Shown: positions 1 to 9,042 of the stretch, piece by piece | Position numbering within the stretch: the first letter of the stretch is position 1 | Layout of the letters: each line of letters opens with the position of its first letter | IMG/VR virus record: IMGVR_UViG_3300037067_022550 | DNA from: a virus | Strand: one strand, 5' to 3' | Length of the DNA stretch: 64,000 nucleotides | The notes under the pieces: generated by a model | Told to the model about the DNA's origin: nothing | What the model saw: the letters and a program-made list of their open reading frames with translations, nothing else | Database searches by the model: none | Program-made: the position numbers and the translations under genes

Positions 1-434
1 GAGAAATACATATCAGCATATTTTTTTAGATAAGGTTCGGCATACTTCAAAATTGCACTATCTATTGCAGCCCGAACCATTTCATGAAAAACTCTCTCAG
101 TTTGGGCATTGACTTCCAATTTAATCTTTTCCAAGAATTTTTCATTGATTTTAATGGTTTTTTCAGTATCCCAATAACTATTTGACTTTGCCACTGCACC
201 AATTTCCTTCTCAACTTCTTTCTTAATGGCCAATAGACATGCTTCTTTAGCTTCATTGTGGGCTTTTTGTATTAGATTAATTTCTGCCCTGATGTCCTCA
301 AAATTAAGCATGGGACGAATACATTTCTTGGTAAAATTTTCAACAACCCCTTTTTTAATATCAATGACAAATTGCGGATCATCTCTCATTAGTTTTTCAA
401 TGGCATTGCTATCAAGTGATAATTTAATTGACAT
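1..434 (-). CDS. hypothetical protein, partial (C-terminus lies beyond the window start); begins MSIKLSLDSNAIEKLMRDDPQFVID
   Basis: Manual translation of minus strand from ATG (plus 432-434) to position 3 has no in-frame stop. AAGGAG-like RBS precedes start. The provided track misses it because it is edge-truncated. Confidence 0.5.
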   Translation of the reverse strand, partial: MSIKLSLDSNAIEKLMRDDPQFVIDIKKGVVENFTKKCIRPMLNFEDIRAEINLIQKAHNEAKEACLLAIKKEVEKEIGAVAKSNSYWDTEKTIKINEKFLEKIKLEVNAQTERVFHEMVRAAIDSAILKYAEPYLKKYADMYF

Positions 435-460
435 TTTATTTCTCCTTATTATTAATTTTA

Positions 461-688
461 TTAAGTATTACGCAAAAGTTCTTTGGGTAGTACCTGATTT
501 TTGGGTAAGTCGTGCTCTTCATAAATAAACAAAGTTTGAACAATATGCTCATTATCTACAAATTCGTGGCATACATACTTAATATCAATGACCTTACCCC
601 TTTGCTCAAAAGAGTCTAACCATTTTTGAATAATAGATTCACTATCCTGGGGTTTGTTACTAATAGTGTTGAATATTTTAATTTTCAT
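461..688 (-). CDS. hypothetical protein
   Basis: Non-overlapping minus-strand ORF in a co-directional block. Confidence 0.45.
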   Translation of the reverse strand: MKIKIFNTISNKPQDSESIIQKWLDSFEQRGKVIDIKYVCHEFVDNEHIVQTLFIYEEHDLPKNQVLPKELLRNT

Positions 689-756
689 AGTTTTTCCCTT
701 TTCATAAGAAATATATCAAAAAAACAAACAATGTCAAGAATAATTTTTGTTCGCCA

Positions 757-1617
757 TTATGTAATGAAAAAATTATAAGGTATTCCATCCCAATGAAACT
801 TAATTTCCAATAACGAATCAACAATATCTGATGTTATATTTTTACCATTGAGTTTTCTATATAAAAATTGTTTAGCTGTTTTTTTTGCATCTTGAAGTAA
901 AGTTACAAACGAATATGCTCTAATTGATCTTCTTCCAACTTTATGATGACAATGTAAAAACCAATCAACAAAAGATTCTAAGTCTTCTTTATAATATTCA
1001 TCTTTAGATTCTTGAAAATTTAATGCAGCTTTTTCTCCGTATAAATACAAAGCAATTTTATCATAAGCTTTTGCAGCATTTTTTTCGTTTGAAAAAACTT
1101 TTCTGTATCTTTGATTACTCATTGTCTTAAAACTTATTTCTGTGCTATAAGAGTCAGCATGTTTGCTTTTAAAAACTCCTACATATTTCTTGTTTTTATT
1201 CCTTCGTTCCCCTTGCCTAGTTCTAGAAGATCTTTCATAAATAATTTGTTTACTTTCTTTTGTTAAGTTTTTCATTCTTTTTATTTGTGATTTTGAAATT
1301 TTTTCTTTTGTTTCTTCATTAAATATTTTCATATGGTCATCCTGGGCAATCATATTATATCCAATACAAGGATTCATGCTGTCATATTTTTGAATATACT
1401 TATACTCTTTAATAATTAAATCATTTAGACTATTAGCTGTATCTATAACATCAAAAGAAAAATTTTCAAAGCCATATTTAAGAAGAGCACGATGAAAAGC
1501 ATAATTAGTGTATTTATAATTTCTTTTGTGACATTTTATTCGTTCTTGTAGTTCCTTAGTAGACATTCCTATGTATATCTTCCCGTTAGTATTATTAGTG
1601 GCCTTATAAATAATCAT
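757..1617 (-). CDS. GIY-YIG homing endonuclease
   Basis: N-terminal GKIYIGMS...R...H...YGFENF motif typical of the GIY-YIG catalytic domain. Confidence 0.85.
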   Translation of the reverse strand: MIIYKATNNTNGKIYIGMSTKELQERIKCHKRNYKYTNYAFHRALLKYGFENFSFDVIDTANSLNDLIIKEYKYIQKYDSMNPCIGYNMIAQDDHMKIFNEETKEKISKSQIKRMKNLTKESKQIIYERSSRTRQGERRNKNKKYVGVFKSKHADSYSTEISFKTMSNQRYRKVFSNEKNAAKAYDKIALYLYGEKAALNFQESKDEYYKEDLESFVDWFLHCHHKVGRRSIRAYSFVTLLQDAKKTAKQFLYRKLNGKNITSDIVDSLLEIKFHWDGIPYNFFIT

Positions 1618-1675
1618 ATCATTCTCCTTTTATACACCATATTTTACAAAGAATTAAGGAGAACAACCTTCATTT

Positions 1676-2794
1676 TTATTCATTATATTTGAGAGAAAAA
1701 TTAGGATTAATAACTTTAAAACTTACATTGGGATCATCTTTTAAACGTACAACAATCCCTTCTCTCCAAACATCAGGATTCAAAACGCTTTTACCAATAC
1801 TCATGTTTACCAATTCTTTTATAATATCAGGAGTACTGCAATTACAAAGATTAAATGTCCAATTTTTATTAATAACCGGCACCATTTTAAAACCATTTTG
1901 GATGCAAAATATTTCCATTTCTTCAAGGGCATATTTTCTACCGTTATCAATTACATTAAAAACAAGGAAGTCTTGTTCGCCTAATTGATATTTATTCTTT
2001 TGAATTTTTGGTCCAACGCACTCACCTTGTACAACAATGCCAGCTTCTTCTAAATCAAGCAATTTGGCAGCGATATTATATTTTTCAGCCATTGCCCAAT
2101 AACTACTATTGTTAGGTTTACCCAAACGAACATTGCGAGAACAAACCCCAAATATTAGTCTATTAATCCCCCAATGCCTTTTAGTCCCAACAAAGTAAGT
2201 CCCGCTTTGACCATCTACCTTTTCAGTAACATACCATTCGCTTTCAGGACGACTTGTTAGTATTTTAGCACAAGTCTGAATACGTTCTTCATCTGTTTTT
2301 GCAATCCAACTTGGCCATCCTTTGTCTTTTCTGTTCAAATTAAAATAAATAAAACGATACAAAGAAAAATTCATAAGGAATTTATTGATTTTAGATTTAG
2401 AATGAGATTGTTCATCCAATTCCTTTTCTTCTTGCAATTGAGGATCATGCTTCTTAACCCCAAGGATTTCTGTAACATCAGTCCCTTCAACATTCTTGGG
2501 GTTTATAGGAAAATCAGAAGGCAAAATATCCAATGGAAAAACTATTCCCTGAGATATTTGCTTTTTCAATTTGATTGTGCGGATTCTGAACTTACGCTCT
2601 CTAAGAAATTCAAATTCTTGTTTTTCAGGCATAATACTGTCAACTTCACAGTAAACCACAAAATCACCAACCTTAAATTCCCCCTTTTTAGTAACACATT
2701 CCCATCCAAGAACTTGACAAACTTCAATTTTATCCCCCCCTTCAATGGGACGAATACCAATAACCTTTTGGATGCTTGCTAACTTCCTACTCAT
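1676..2794 (-). CDS. ATP-dependent RNA ligase, OB-fold N-terminal domain plus nucleotidyltransferase (Rnl5/DraRnl-like)
   Basis: Motif I TEKVDGQS (KxDG), motif III FLVFNVID, motif IV EGIVVR, motif V SFKVINPNF. N-terminal about 100 aa OB-like domain (MSRKLASIQKV...GDKIEV...GWECVTKKGEFKVGD). Confidence 0.65.
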   Translation of the reverse strand: MSRKLASIQKVIGIRPIEGGDKIEVCQVLGWECVTKKGEFKVGDFVVYCEVDSIMPEKQEFEFLRERKFRIRTIKLKKQISQGIVFPLDILPSDFPINPKNVEGTDVTEILGVKKHDPQLQEEKELDEQSHSKSKINKFLMNFSLYRFIYFNLNRKDKGWPSWIAKTDEERIQTCAKILTSRPESEWYVTEKVDGQSGTYFVGTKRHWGINRLIFGVCSRNVRLGKPNNSSYWAMAEKYNIAAKLLDLEEAGIVVQGECVGPKIQKNKYQLGEQDFLVFNVIDNGRKYALEEMEIFCIQNGFKMVPVINKNWTFNLCNCSTPDIIKELVNMSIGKSVLNPDVWREGIVVRLKDDPNVSFKVINPNFSLKYNE

Positions 2795-2809
2795 TTAGTG
2801 TCTCCTCAT

Positions 2810-3553
2810 TTAAAATGTATATCCAACAGTTATCCCACCATATAACAAATTGTCCTTGAAATATATCTCATTAGCACTATCTCTAATTTGACTATCCCAA
2901 AGCCATGTATAACTTATCCGCAATGATGTATACCAATTGCTATTAATAATATATTTCAATACAGTATCAGCAGCACCGCTATTCAGTGCAGAGTTGTCAG
3001 ATCCAAAATAGTATTTATTAAATCTACTATTCCCATAACCCGTAGAAACAGATGGCGTCAAAATAAGGCTATCCAATAGTTGAATATCCCTATAAAGACT
3101 TGCAACAACATATGCCCCATTTACTTCATCAATATCATAATAAACACCACAAACAGGCGTTATAAAAAAATTAGGATATTTAATTTGCGTAAATACTTCT
3201 CGTGTTTCTTTTAGGGTACAATTAGGATATACATATTCAATTAGTCCAGCATTTATTTCCAAAACTTTTACTGGCAAAGTATATTGCACAGTAAAATCAA
3301 GCTCATTAAAATCCCTATCTTCAGTTATCCTATCAGTAAGATTATAGTTTCCCCAGGCATTTACTGAAAACCCATTTTTGGATATGTTCAGAAACGGTTG
3401 TGCAACAGGTTCATCATTAATCACTTGTCCACGAATAACACAAGCAGACATGAAAGAGACTTCGGTATTTGCTTGGACTTCTGTTGCTTGTAAGCTAAAA
3501 ATCCCCAAGAGAAAAATAAACATTAGAACTGTAAAACAAATTACTTTATTCAT
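2810..3553 (-). CDS. secreted outer-membrane beta-barrel-like protein
   Basis: N-terminal signal peptide (MNKVICFTVLMFIFLLGIFSLQA). Alternating hydrophobic pattern and C-terminal ...GYTF ending in Phe as in OMPs. Confidence 0.5.
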   Translation of the reverse strand: MNKVICFTVLMFIFLLGIFSLQATEVQANTEVSFMSACVIRGQVINDEPVAQPFLNISKNGFSVNAWGNYNLTDRITEDRDFNELDFTVQYTLPVKVLEINAGLIEYVYPNCTLKETREVFTQIKYPNFFITPVCGVYYDIDEVNGAYVVASLYRDIQLLDSLILTPSVSTGYGNSRFNKYYFGSDNSALNSGAADTVLKYIINSNWYTSLRISYTWLWDSQIRDSANEIYFKDNLLYGGITVGYTF

Positions 3554-3582
3554 TTTTTTAATTTTCTTTTTTATTGTTAATA

Positions 3583-4089
3583 TTACTTATCTTTTTCGAA
3601 AAAAGAAGGATCAACAGCTCTAGAAAAAGAATCAGCAACTTCTGGTACTTGTCCTTGAACTACTGGATTGGCCACTGCAGAGTTTTCTTCAATATTATCA
3701 GTTGATGGTTGTTCTGCAACAGGAGGAGTATACCATGTAATCCCTTCAAATTCTTTTTCAATTGCAGGATTATCAAAGACTGGTTTAACAACATCCTTTG
3801 AATCCACAGTTATTTGTGAATTTCTTTCCTTATAATTAGGAATGACCATGAAGTGAACAGTATTGGGACATCTAGCAATACATACAATGGCTATGGGCGT
3901 ACCATTAGCAGTTTTAGTCAAAACCCATTCAGGATTAATAGGCAAAGAATCCTTGCGTTCTTTCTTTTGAATTGGCGTAACTCCAACCATGGGTTTGTCA
4001 CCCACGTTTGTTGCAACAGTTGAAACAGGAACTACAGATGTCGCTACTTTAGGCTTATTTTTAGAACCTTTTGGACGTCCTCTGGGCAT
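3583..4089 (-). CDS. hypothetical protein with N-terminal RGRPKGSKNK AT-hook-like motif
   Basis: MPRGRPKGSKNKPKV N-terminus. Same motif recurs in the small ORF at 29657-29797. Confidence 0.5.
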   Translation of the reverse strand: MPRGRPKGSKNKPKVATSVVPVSTVATNVGDKPMVGVTPIQKKERKDSLPINPEWVLTKTANGTPIAIVCIARCPNTVHFMVIPNYKERNSQITVDSKDVVKPVFDNPAIEKEFEGITWYTPPVAEQPSTDNIEENSAVANPVVQGQVPEVADSFSRAVDPSFFEKDK

Positions 4090-4106
4090 AATAATTCTCC
4101 TTATTG

Positions 4107-4295
4107 TTAAACATTTTGAATCTCAAAACTACCTGGAGCATTACCTTCATCGTCACTTAGAAACCAAATAACCTTCTTACTTTTGTCAGGAAGAGATATT
4201 TGCAAACCAAAAAATCCTTCTCCTTCTTTATCTTGTACTGTACTTTCAATCTTACCGCCAACAATTTTATTTAATACATAGAAATTGTTTTTCAT
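4107..4295 (-). CDS. hypothetical protein
   Basis: Small minus-strand ORF in gene block. Confidence 0.4.
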   Translation of the reverse strand: MKNNFYVLNKIVGGKIESTVQDKEGEGFFGLQISLPDKSKKVIWFLSDDEGNAPGSFEIQNV

Positions 4296-4308
4296 TGTAT
4301 TGCCTTAG

Positions 4309-4599
4309 TCATTTAGATAATGCTTCTGTTCCACATTTACCTTCATGTTCTGGCCATCCACATTCTGAACAAGACTTGGTTTTTAAACTATCTATTTTTA
4401 TAGAACTACCCCCAAAACATTTGGCAACTATTTGTACAACATAAACAACATCATCAAATTGTTGAGGAATTACTTGAGCATCTTTAACTGCATCGTCATA
4501 ACTTGCATAGGATGTAGGAAGAAGAACTCTATCTTGCCCTCTAAAGGAACCATCAATCTTTTCGTAATTATGCTCTTTAATTAAAAAAAATGAGTTCAT
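4309..4599 (-). CDS. hypothetical protein with C-terminal Cys cluster
   Basis: CSECGW...EGKCG zinc-ribbon-like motif. Confidence 0.45.
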   Translation of the reverse strand: MNSFFLIKEHNYEKIDGSFRGQDRVLLPTSYASYDDAVKDAQVIPQQFDDVVYVVQIVAKCFGGSSIKIDSLKTKSCSECGWPEHEGKCGTEALSK

Positions 4600-4799
4600 A
4601 ATAGATCTCTAATAAAATCAGGATGTATTTCTCTAACATGTCCATCCAAAAAATGTAGTAATCCTCTTTCCTTCCCGCATTTACATTTTTGAATTTCAGC
4701 AATAACATTACAACTTCTATCAAAACTAAATAATCCTCCAGAATATGATGCCGTTGCCGGTCTTTTTGATATACTTTTCCAAGTATGCCATAAGTGCAT
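4596..4799 (-). CDS. hypothetical protein
   Basis: Overlapping stop/start with upstream gene. Confidence 0.4.
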   Translation of the reverse strand: MHLWHTWKSISKRPATASYSGGLFSFDRSCNVIAEIQKCKCGKERGLLHFLDGHVREIHPDFIRDLL

Positions 4800-4847
4800 T
4801 TTATTCCCCCTTTGATAAATAAAACTCTACCATAAATGATGTTAATG

Positions 4848-5417
4848 TCAAGATAAATTATTGGCTACAGATACATTTACTAATTGGCGTTCATAATATT
4901 TTGTTTTTCTACGCCATTTTATGTATGCTTTACTAGCAGCTTTAATTTTAAAATTCCATTTATTCATCATTTTTAGACACTTATCTCTTTTCTGCTGAAT
5001 AATTATATTTTTAGGAACTGCATTTATGGAATTCTTAGTTTCTATTTCAAGAGGAAGATCATTAGCCCATAGGTAATGTTGTTTCCAATCTATTTTGTGT
5101 TTATTTGCATAACGTCTATTATAAATTGCATTTTTCATTTGCTTATGCTTAAGACCTTGGGTGTGGCAAAGCTCATGAGCAATCACATAAGCTAATTCAA
5201 CTTTATCAATAGGAACATTCTTTGGGACCTTAATGGTAACTCGTGCAGGCAAACCGTAATATGCGTAACCACCAATATATGTCCCCCTAGAGCTTATACG
5301 TCTATAAATGATTGTGAAAATTCCATCTTTTAAATCAACCATCTCTTTTTTTGCAACTTCTCTAATGAAATTATTTAATTGATCTGATCTTAAATTAGTT
5401 TTATTAATTAATTTCAT
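4848..5417 (-). CDS. putative zinc metallopeptidase (HExxH, SprT-like)
   Basis: AHELCH motif (HExxH) in a 189-aa protein. Confidence 0.5.
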   Translation of the reverse strand: MKLINKTNLRSDQLNNFIREVAKKEMVDLKDGIFTIIYRRISSRGTYIGGYAYYGLPARVTIKVPKNVPIDKVELAYVIAHELCHTQGLKHKQMKNAIYNRRYANKHKIDWKQHYLWANDLPLEIETKNSINAVPKNIIIQQKRDKCLKMMNKWNFKIKAASKAYIKWRRKTKYYERQLVNVSVANNLS

Positions 5418-5438
5418 TTTTAAGATTAATCCAAAGTG

Positions 5439-5639
5439 TTATAAAGTGTTTTTTTCTTTTTCGTCTTGTCTACCGTATTTGTATCCCAACCGATAAGCAT
5501 CATAAATCGCGTCATGCAAAATTTTTCTTAATCCATTTGAATTATAAGGCAATGAAGATGTGTTTGTATGCCTATTTGCTTTATTCATATAAACTTCTTC
5601 AATTTCTTCAATTGTTTCAATTTTTTTAGAATTTTTCAT
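5439..5639 (-). CDS. hypothetical protein
   Basis: Small ORF. Confidence 0.4.
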   Translation of the reverse strand: MKNSKKIETIEEIEEVYMNKANRHTNTSSLPYNSNGLRKILHDAIYDAYRLGYKYGRQDEKEKNTL

Positions 5640-5848
5640 TGTGTTTTTCTCAATTTTTGCAGTGCTTCCGATAGAAACCCTTCCAATTCCCTATTTGTAA
5701 GTGGTCTGGGAATTCCATCAGTCATTATTGCTGGAACTAAACGAGCAACCTGATTGTAATAATCATACTCATCTGGATATAGAACAACATCATCTAAAGT
5801 TATTTTAGGAGAAGAATTAATCTTTGCTTTTTTTGCTTTTTTATTCAT
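5636..5848 (-). CDS. hypothetical protein
   Basis: Small ORF, overlapping start/stop with downstream gene. Confidence 0.4.
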   Translation of the reverse strand: MNKKAKKAKINSSPKITLDDVVLYPDEYDYYNQVARLVPAIMTDGIPRPLTNRELEGFLSEALQKLRKTQ

Positions 5849-5911
5849 TTGTGTTTCCTTATTGATTTAATGACAATATAGCATGTTCATATAAAAAGTC
5901 AACAAGAAAAA

Positions 5912-5993
5912 TGGTGCTCCTGACAGGAATCGAACCTGCATTTTCATTTCCATTATGCACTATCTGTTTAGGAAACAGTGCCAATACAGGAGC
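5912..5993 (-). tRNA. tRNA-like gene, atypical fold (possibly tRNA-Leu(UAA)-like or degenerate)
   Basis: Reverse complement gives a perfect 7-bp acceptor stem (GCTCCTG/CAGGAGC), discriminator A, encoded CCA, and a canonical T arm GCAGG-TTCGATT-CCTGT. The 45-nt middle does not fold into a standard D arm. The best hairpin is TGTTT-CCTAAAC-AGATA extended by GCAC/GTGC, loop triplet TAA. Confidence 0.5.
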
Positions 5994-5994
5994 A

Positions 5995-6216
5995 TTATGT
6001 TGAAGAAATTTCTATTAATTGTCTAATGTCCACAACTGAATTATCTTCTTCAAATGTATATGCTGGCATTCCTGTATTTGGATTTGTAGTTGCACTCTTA
6101 ACTGTGGCAATCCTTATTCCAGATTTAAATGGTTTGCCAGATTTCTTTTTAACTTTAACTATGGTCTTGTAGAAATCTCTATTATCTGTAGCTAAATTTG
6201 GTATTTCTTTTTGCAT
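5995..6216 (-). CDS. hypothetical protein
   Basis: Minus-strand ORF abutting the tRNA-like gene. Plus-strand alternative 5978-6172 looks compositionally worse. Confidence 0.35.
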   Translation of the reverse strand: MQKEIPNLATDNRDFYKTIVKVKKKSGKPFKSGIRIATVKSATTNPNTGMPAYTFEEDNSVVDIRQLIEISST

Positions 6217-6235
6217 TTTAGTTTTATCTTTTTTA

Positions 6236-6598
6236 TTAACAAGAAACTTTCTTTCGATATTTTTGAGGCTTTAATGACCATAAAGGAGGTTGCATACAAG
6301 TCAAAATATAAATAGTGTTATCATTTTTGTCGCAAACAAATAGTACAGAGTTTTTGTATATATAGAAGTATTTCCTTTTATAACCATAAGTATCATAAAA
6401 ATATTGAATTAAATCAGATTTATTTAAAAAACTAGAAGTTTCCTCTGATTCCTTAAAAAGATCCAAAATATTATGTTCTTGATTTTCTGTTGAATTATTG
6501 GCAAATCTTTCAGCAAATCTTTTATTGGCATGTTTTGTGATTACAACAATATATTTGTTAGTACTATTGCAAATATTTATTTTATAGTAACCATTCAT
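6236..6598 (-). CDS. hypothetical protein
   Basis: 120-aa ORF between the two tRNA genes. Confidence 0.5.
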   Translation of the reverse strand: MNGYYKINICNSTNKYIVVITKHANKRFAERFANNSTENQEHNILDLFKESEETSSFLNKSDLIQYFYDTYGYKRKYFYIYKNSVLFVCDKNDNTIYILTCMQPPLWSLKPQKYRKKVSC

Positions 6599-6618
6599 GT
6601 TTTTTACTCTTGTAAAAC

Positions 6619-6695
6619 TGGCGTCCCCGGCAGGATTCGAACCTGCGACCCTGGGATTAGAAATCCCATGCTCTATCCAGCTGAGCTACGGGGAC
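6619..6695 (-). tRNA. tRNA-Arg (anticodon TCT), CCA encoded
   Basis: RC = GTCCCCG TA GCTC AGCTGGATA GAGC A TGGGA TTTCTAA TCCCA GGGTC GCAGG TTCGAAT CCTGC CGGGGAC G CCA. Perfect cloverleaf, anticodon loop TT-TCT-AA. Confidence 0.9.
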
Positions 6696-6715
6696 ATTTA
6701 TCTTGAAATATTTTT

Positions 6716-7807
6716 TCAATAAACACAACCGCTAGAGCTTGGAATATCGGTAGTGTTAGACGTTGATTCAAGTTTTCCGCTATGTTTGATTAAAGGGTCA
6801 ATTAATTCTATCGCTGTTTCAACAGACATTGAGTTATTCTTTACTGATTTAATTATTTCCAATATTTTTTGTTTGTTATTTGTTTTATCCATTTTGGTCT
6901 CCTTAATGTTCATTTCTTGTTTTGTTTGCCACCCATTATAAATTTTACCATCATAATAAAGAACTTGTTTTTTATATTGTTTGGGATTTTCTGGTCTAGG
7001 TCTAAGTTTACTTTGCAATCCACACATTTGCCTAAAATTAACTGGCATACCCATTACAATAGCATCGTGATTACAACCATGTTTAAAGGGATCATCATTA
7101 AGTCCGTATTGATATTTTAGGATTTTTGCTAGATCAACAAATTTATCTTTGTCCATTTTTAATTCTGCAAATCTAACTTTATCTACCCCCAGATTTTTGG
7201 CAAAAAATATATAGTTATATATTTTAATTAAATTGTCAATTTCTCCATTAATACAATTACAATTTAAACGTGTTTTAACCCCCATTTCTTTTAAAAGTTT
7301 AATTGCTTTTGAAAGGGCAAAATAATCTATATTAATACCGGTTATTTCAGAGTTTCTATGCAGATTATAGTGGTGAATAGAGATATTCATTCCATATAGT
7401 GCACAATTTTCTTTAGTAATTTTGTTTTTTGAATTAGTTGCATTGATTGTGGGTGGTGATATTAAGAAAGTTTTTTTGATAAAATCTTCTGTTATAAGGC
7501 TTCCATTGGTTGTTATCCATACAAAACGGTTATGATGGGTCAAAAATAAACAAAGTTGACGTAGATCCTTATAAAGAGTTGGTTCACCTCCAAGCAAAAT
7601 TATATTTTTTTTATTTGTTTCCAAAATAGCTACTGCTATATCTTTCCAGTCAGCATGTTGAGATGGGTGGAATCCATCTTTTTCTATACACCACATACAT
7701 TTCCCATTACATGTATCAATAAGATTAACTTCCAACCAATCTTGAAAATTGCCTCCACAGAAGTTCAAAGGATTGGGAATATCTGCTGTTATATTTTTGC
7801 TAATCAT
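6716..7807 (-). CDS. radical SAM domain protein
   Basis: CNGKCMWC (Cx3Cx2C) near N-terminus followed by GGEPTLY motif. Confidence 0.7.
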   Translation of the reverse strand: MISKNITADIPNPLNFCGGNFQDWLEVNLIDTCNGKCMWCIEKDGFHPSQHADWKDIAVAILETNKKNIILLGGEPTLYKDLRQLCLFLTHHNRFVWITTNGSLITEDFIKKTFLISPPTINATNSKNKITKENCALYGMNISIHHYNLHRNSEITGINIDYFALSKAIKLLKEMGVKTRLNCNCINGEIDNLIKIYNYIFFAKNLGVDKVRFAELKMDKDKFVDLAKILKYQYGLNDDPFKHGCNHDAIVMGMPVNFRQMCGLQSKLRPRPENPKQYKKQVLYYDGKIYNGWQTKQEMNIKETKMDKTNNKQKILEIIKSVKNNSMSVETAIELIDPLIKHSGKLESTSNTTDIPSSSGCVY

Positions 7808-7875
7808 TATTTTAGTCTCATTTGATTCTTATTGTTCCTAAAAACAAAACTAATCTATCATAATATTAATTAAAG

Positions 7876-8517
7876 TCAATAAGTTTGTTTGAAATCTTCT
7901 TCTTTTTCAATAATTTCACCACTAACTCTTTTTTTTATATCTTCAAACAGTTTAATTTCTTTATCCTTTAAATTATATTGGGACAAATTTATCTCCCCAT
8001 TTTTTCTAATAATAGATTCAATGTCTCCAATGTCATAAGAACTTGCCCTACACAACTTTAAAGCCACTAATCCTTCTTTAGTTACTATGGGAACAATACT
8101 TCCACCAAAACCAAAGACATGAGCTGTTTCTATGGCTGCATGAACAATAGCAGGTTCAACCTTAACAAATTCTGGAGTAACAAGGTCTACTTCTACTCCT
8201 GTTTGTCTATGAGTTAAAGCATGGGCTCTGTTGCGCTTAAAAAAAACTTGAGTTAACTTAACAACAGTATCAATTGTATTATCGCTTTCCAAAATTATGT
8301 CTATGTCTTGAGTTCCCCTTGGATTGGAATAAGCTCCTACAGCAAGTCCCCCGCATAATGCCCATTTTATATTATTTTTAAGCAGGTTTGATAAATCTAC
8401 AAGAGTTTTATTAAGAGGTTGATTAGATGCAAATTTACTAAAACCGTGCATTTTTTGTGACAACATATAAACTTCATCTGCAACAGCAATAGTTTTGTCT
8501 ATTTTTAAAATTTTCAT
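7876..8517 (-). CDS. nucleotidyltransferase-fold protein (AbiEii/DUF1814-like or minimal NTase)
   Basis: CGGLAVGAYSNPRGTQDIDIIL resembles the GG..x(n)..R.T.DID NTase signature. Overlaps upstream gene by 4 nt. Confidence 0.4.
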   Translation of the reverse strand: MKILKIDKTIAVADEVYMLSQKMHGFSKFASNQPLNKTLVDLSNLLKNNIKWALCGGLAVGAYSNPRGTQDIDIILESDNTIDTVVKLTQVFFKRNRAHALTHRQTGVEVDLVTPEFVKVEPAIVHAAIETAHVFGFGGSIVPIVTKEGLVALKLCRASSYDIGDIESIIRKNGEINLSQYNLKDKEIKLFEDIKKRVSGEIIEKEEDFKQTY

Positions 8518-9041
8518 TTAAATTGGCTTTTTAACTCTGTTTTGTTTTTATTCACTATTTTATATAATAATCTCTCAGCAACATAACTTTCAGAAAGCCC
8601 CCTTGAACGGGTATCACCATTAATAAAAGAAGTTTCATCCAATAGTTCTTCATCTCCTATCTTAACCTTAACATTCAAAGGTTTATTTGTCCAGCTATAA
8701 TCTCCTGAGCAAACATGAGTTCCTTTACCAGCAGTCTTTGATGATACTATCTGAACAACACCATAAAATAAAGCATTTTCTCCTACGCTAAAACATCCTT
8801 TTAATTGTTCAAGTTGATGTAATATGTCTGCAGGATCAGCAATAAATGCCATCATATTATTATTGCGTATAACGGCTGCTTTATTTAATACTTCTTTCTT
8901 GCGTTTTTCTTCTGCCAATAGATAATCTTTATTGACTTTTACTTTGTCTTCTTCTGTTTTAGCAGCTTCAAAGATCTTTCTATATTGTTGTCTTAATTCA
9001 TTATATCCTTCATTATCAAAACAAGGCTTTTGTAAAATCAT
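8514..9041 (-). CDS. hypothetical protein (upstream partner of NTase-fold gene)
   Basis: 175-aa ORF; ATGA-type overlap with 7876-8517. Confidence 0.5.
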   Translation of the reverse strand: MILQKPCFDNEGYNELRQQYRKIFEAAKTEEDKVKVNKDYLLAEEKRKKEVLNKAAVIRNNNMMAFIADPADILHQLEQLKGCFSVGENALFYGVVQIVSSKTAGKGTHVCSGDYSWTNKPLNVKVKIGDEELLDETSFINGDTRSRGLSESYVAERLLYKIVNKNKTELKSQFK

Positions 9042-9042
9042 A

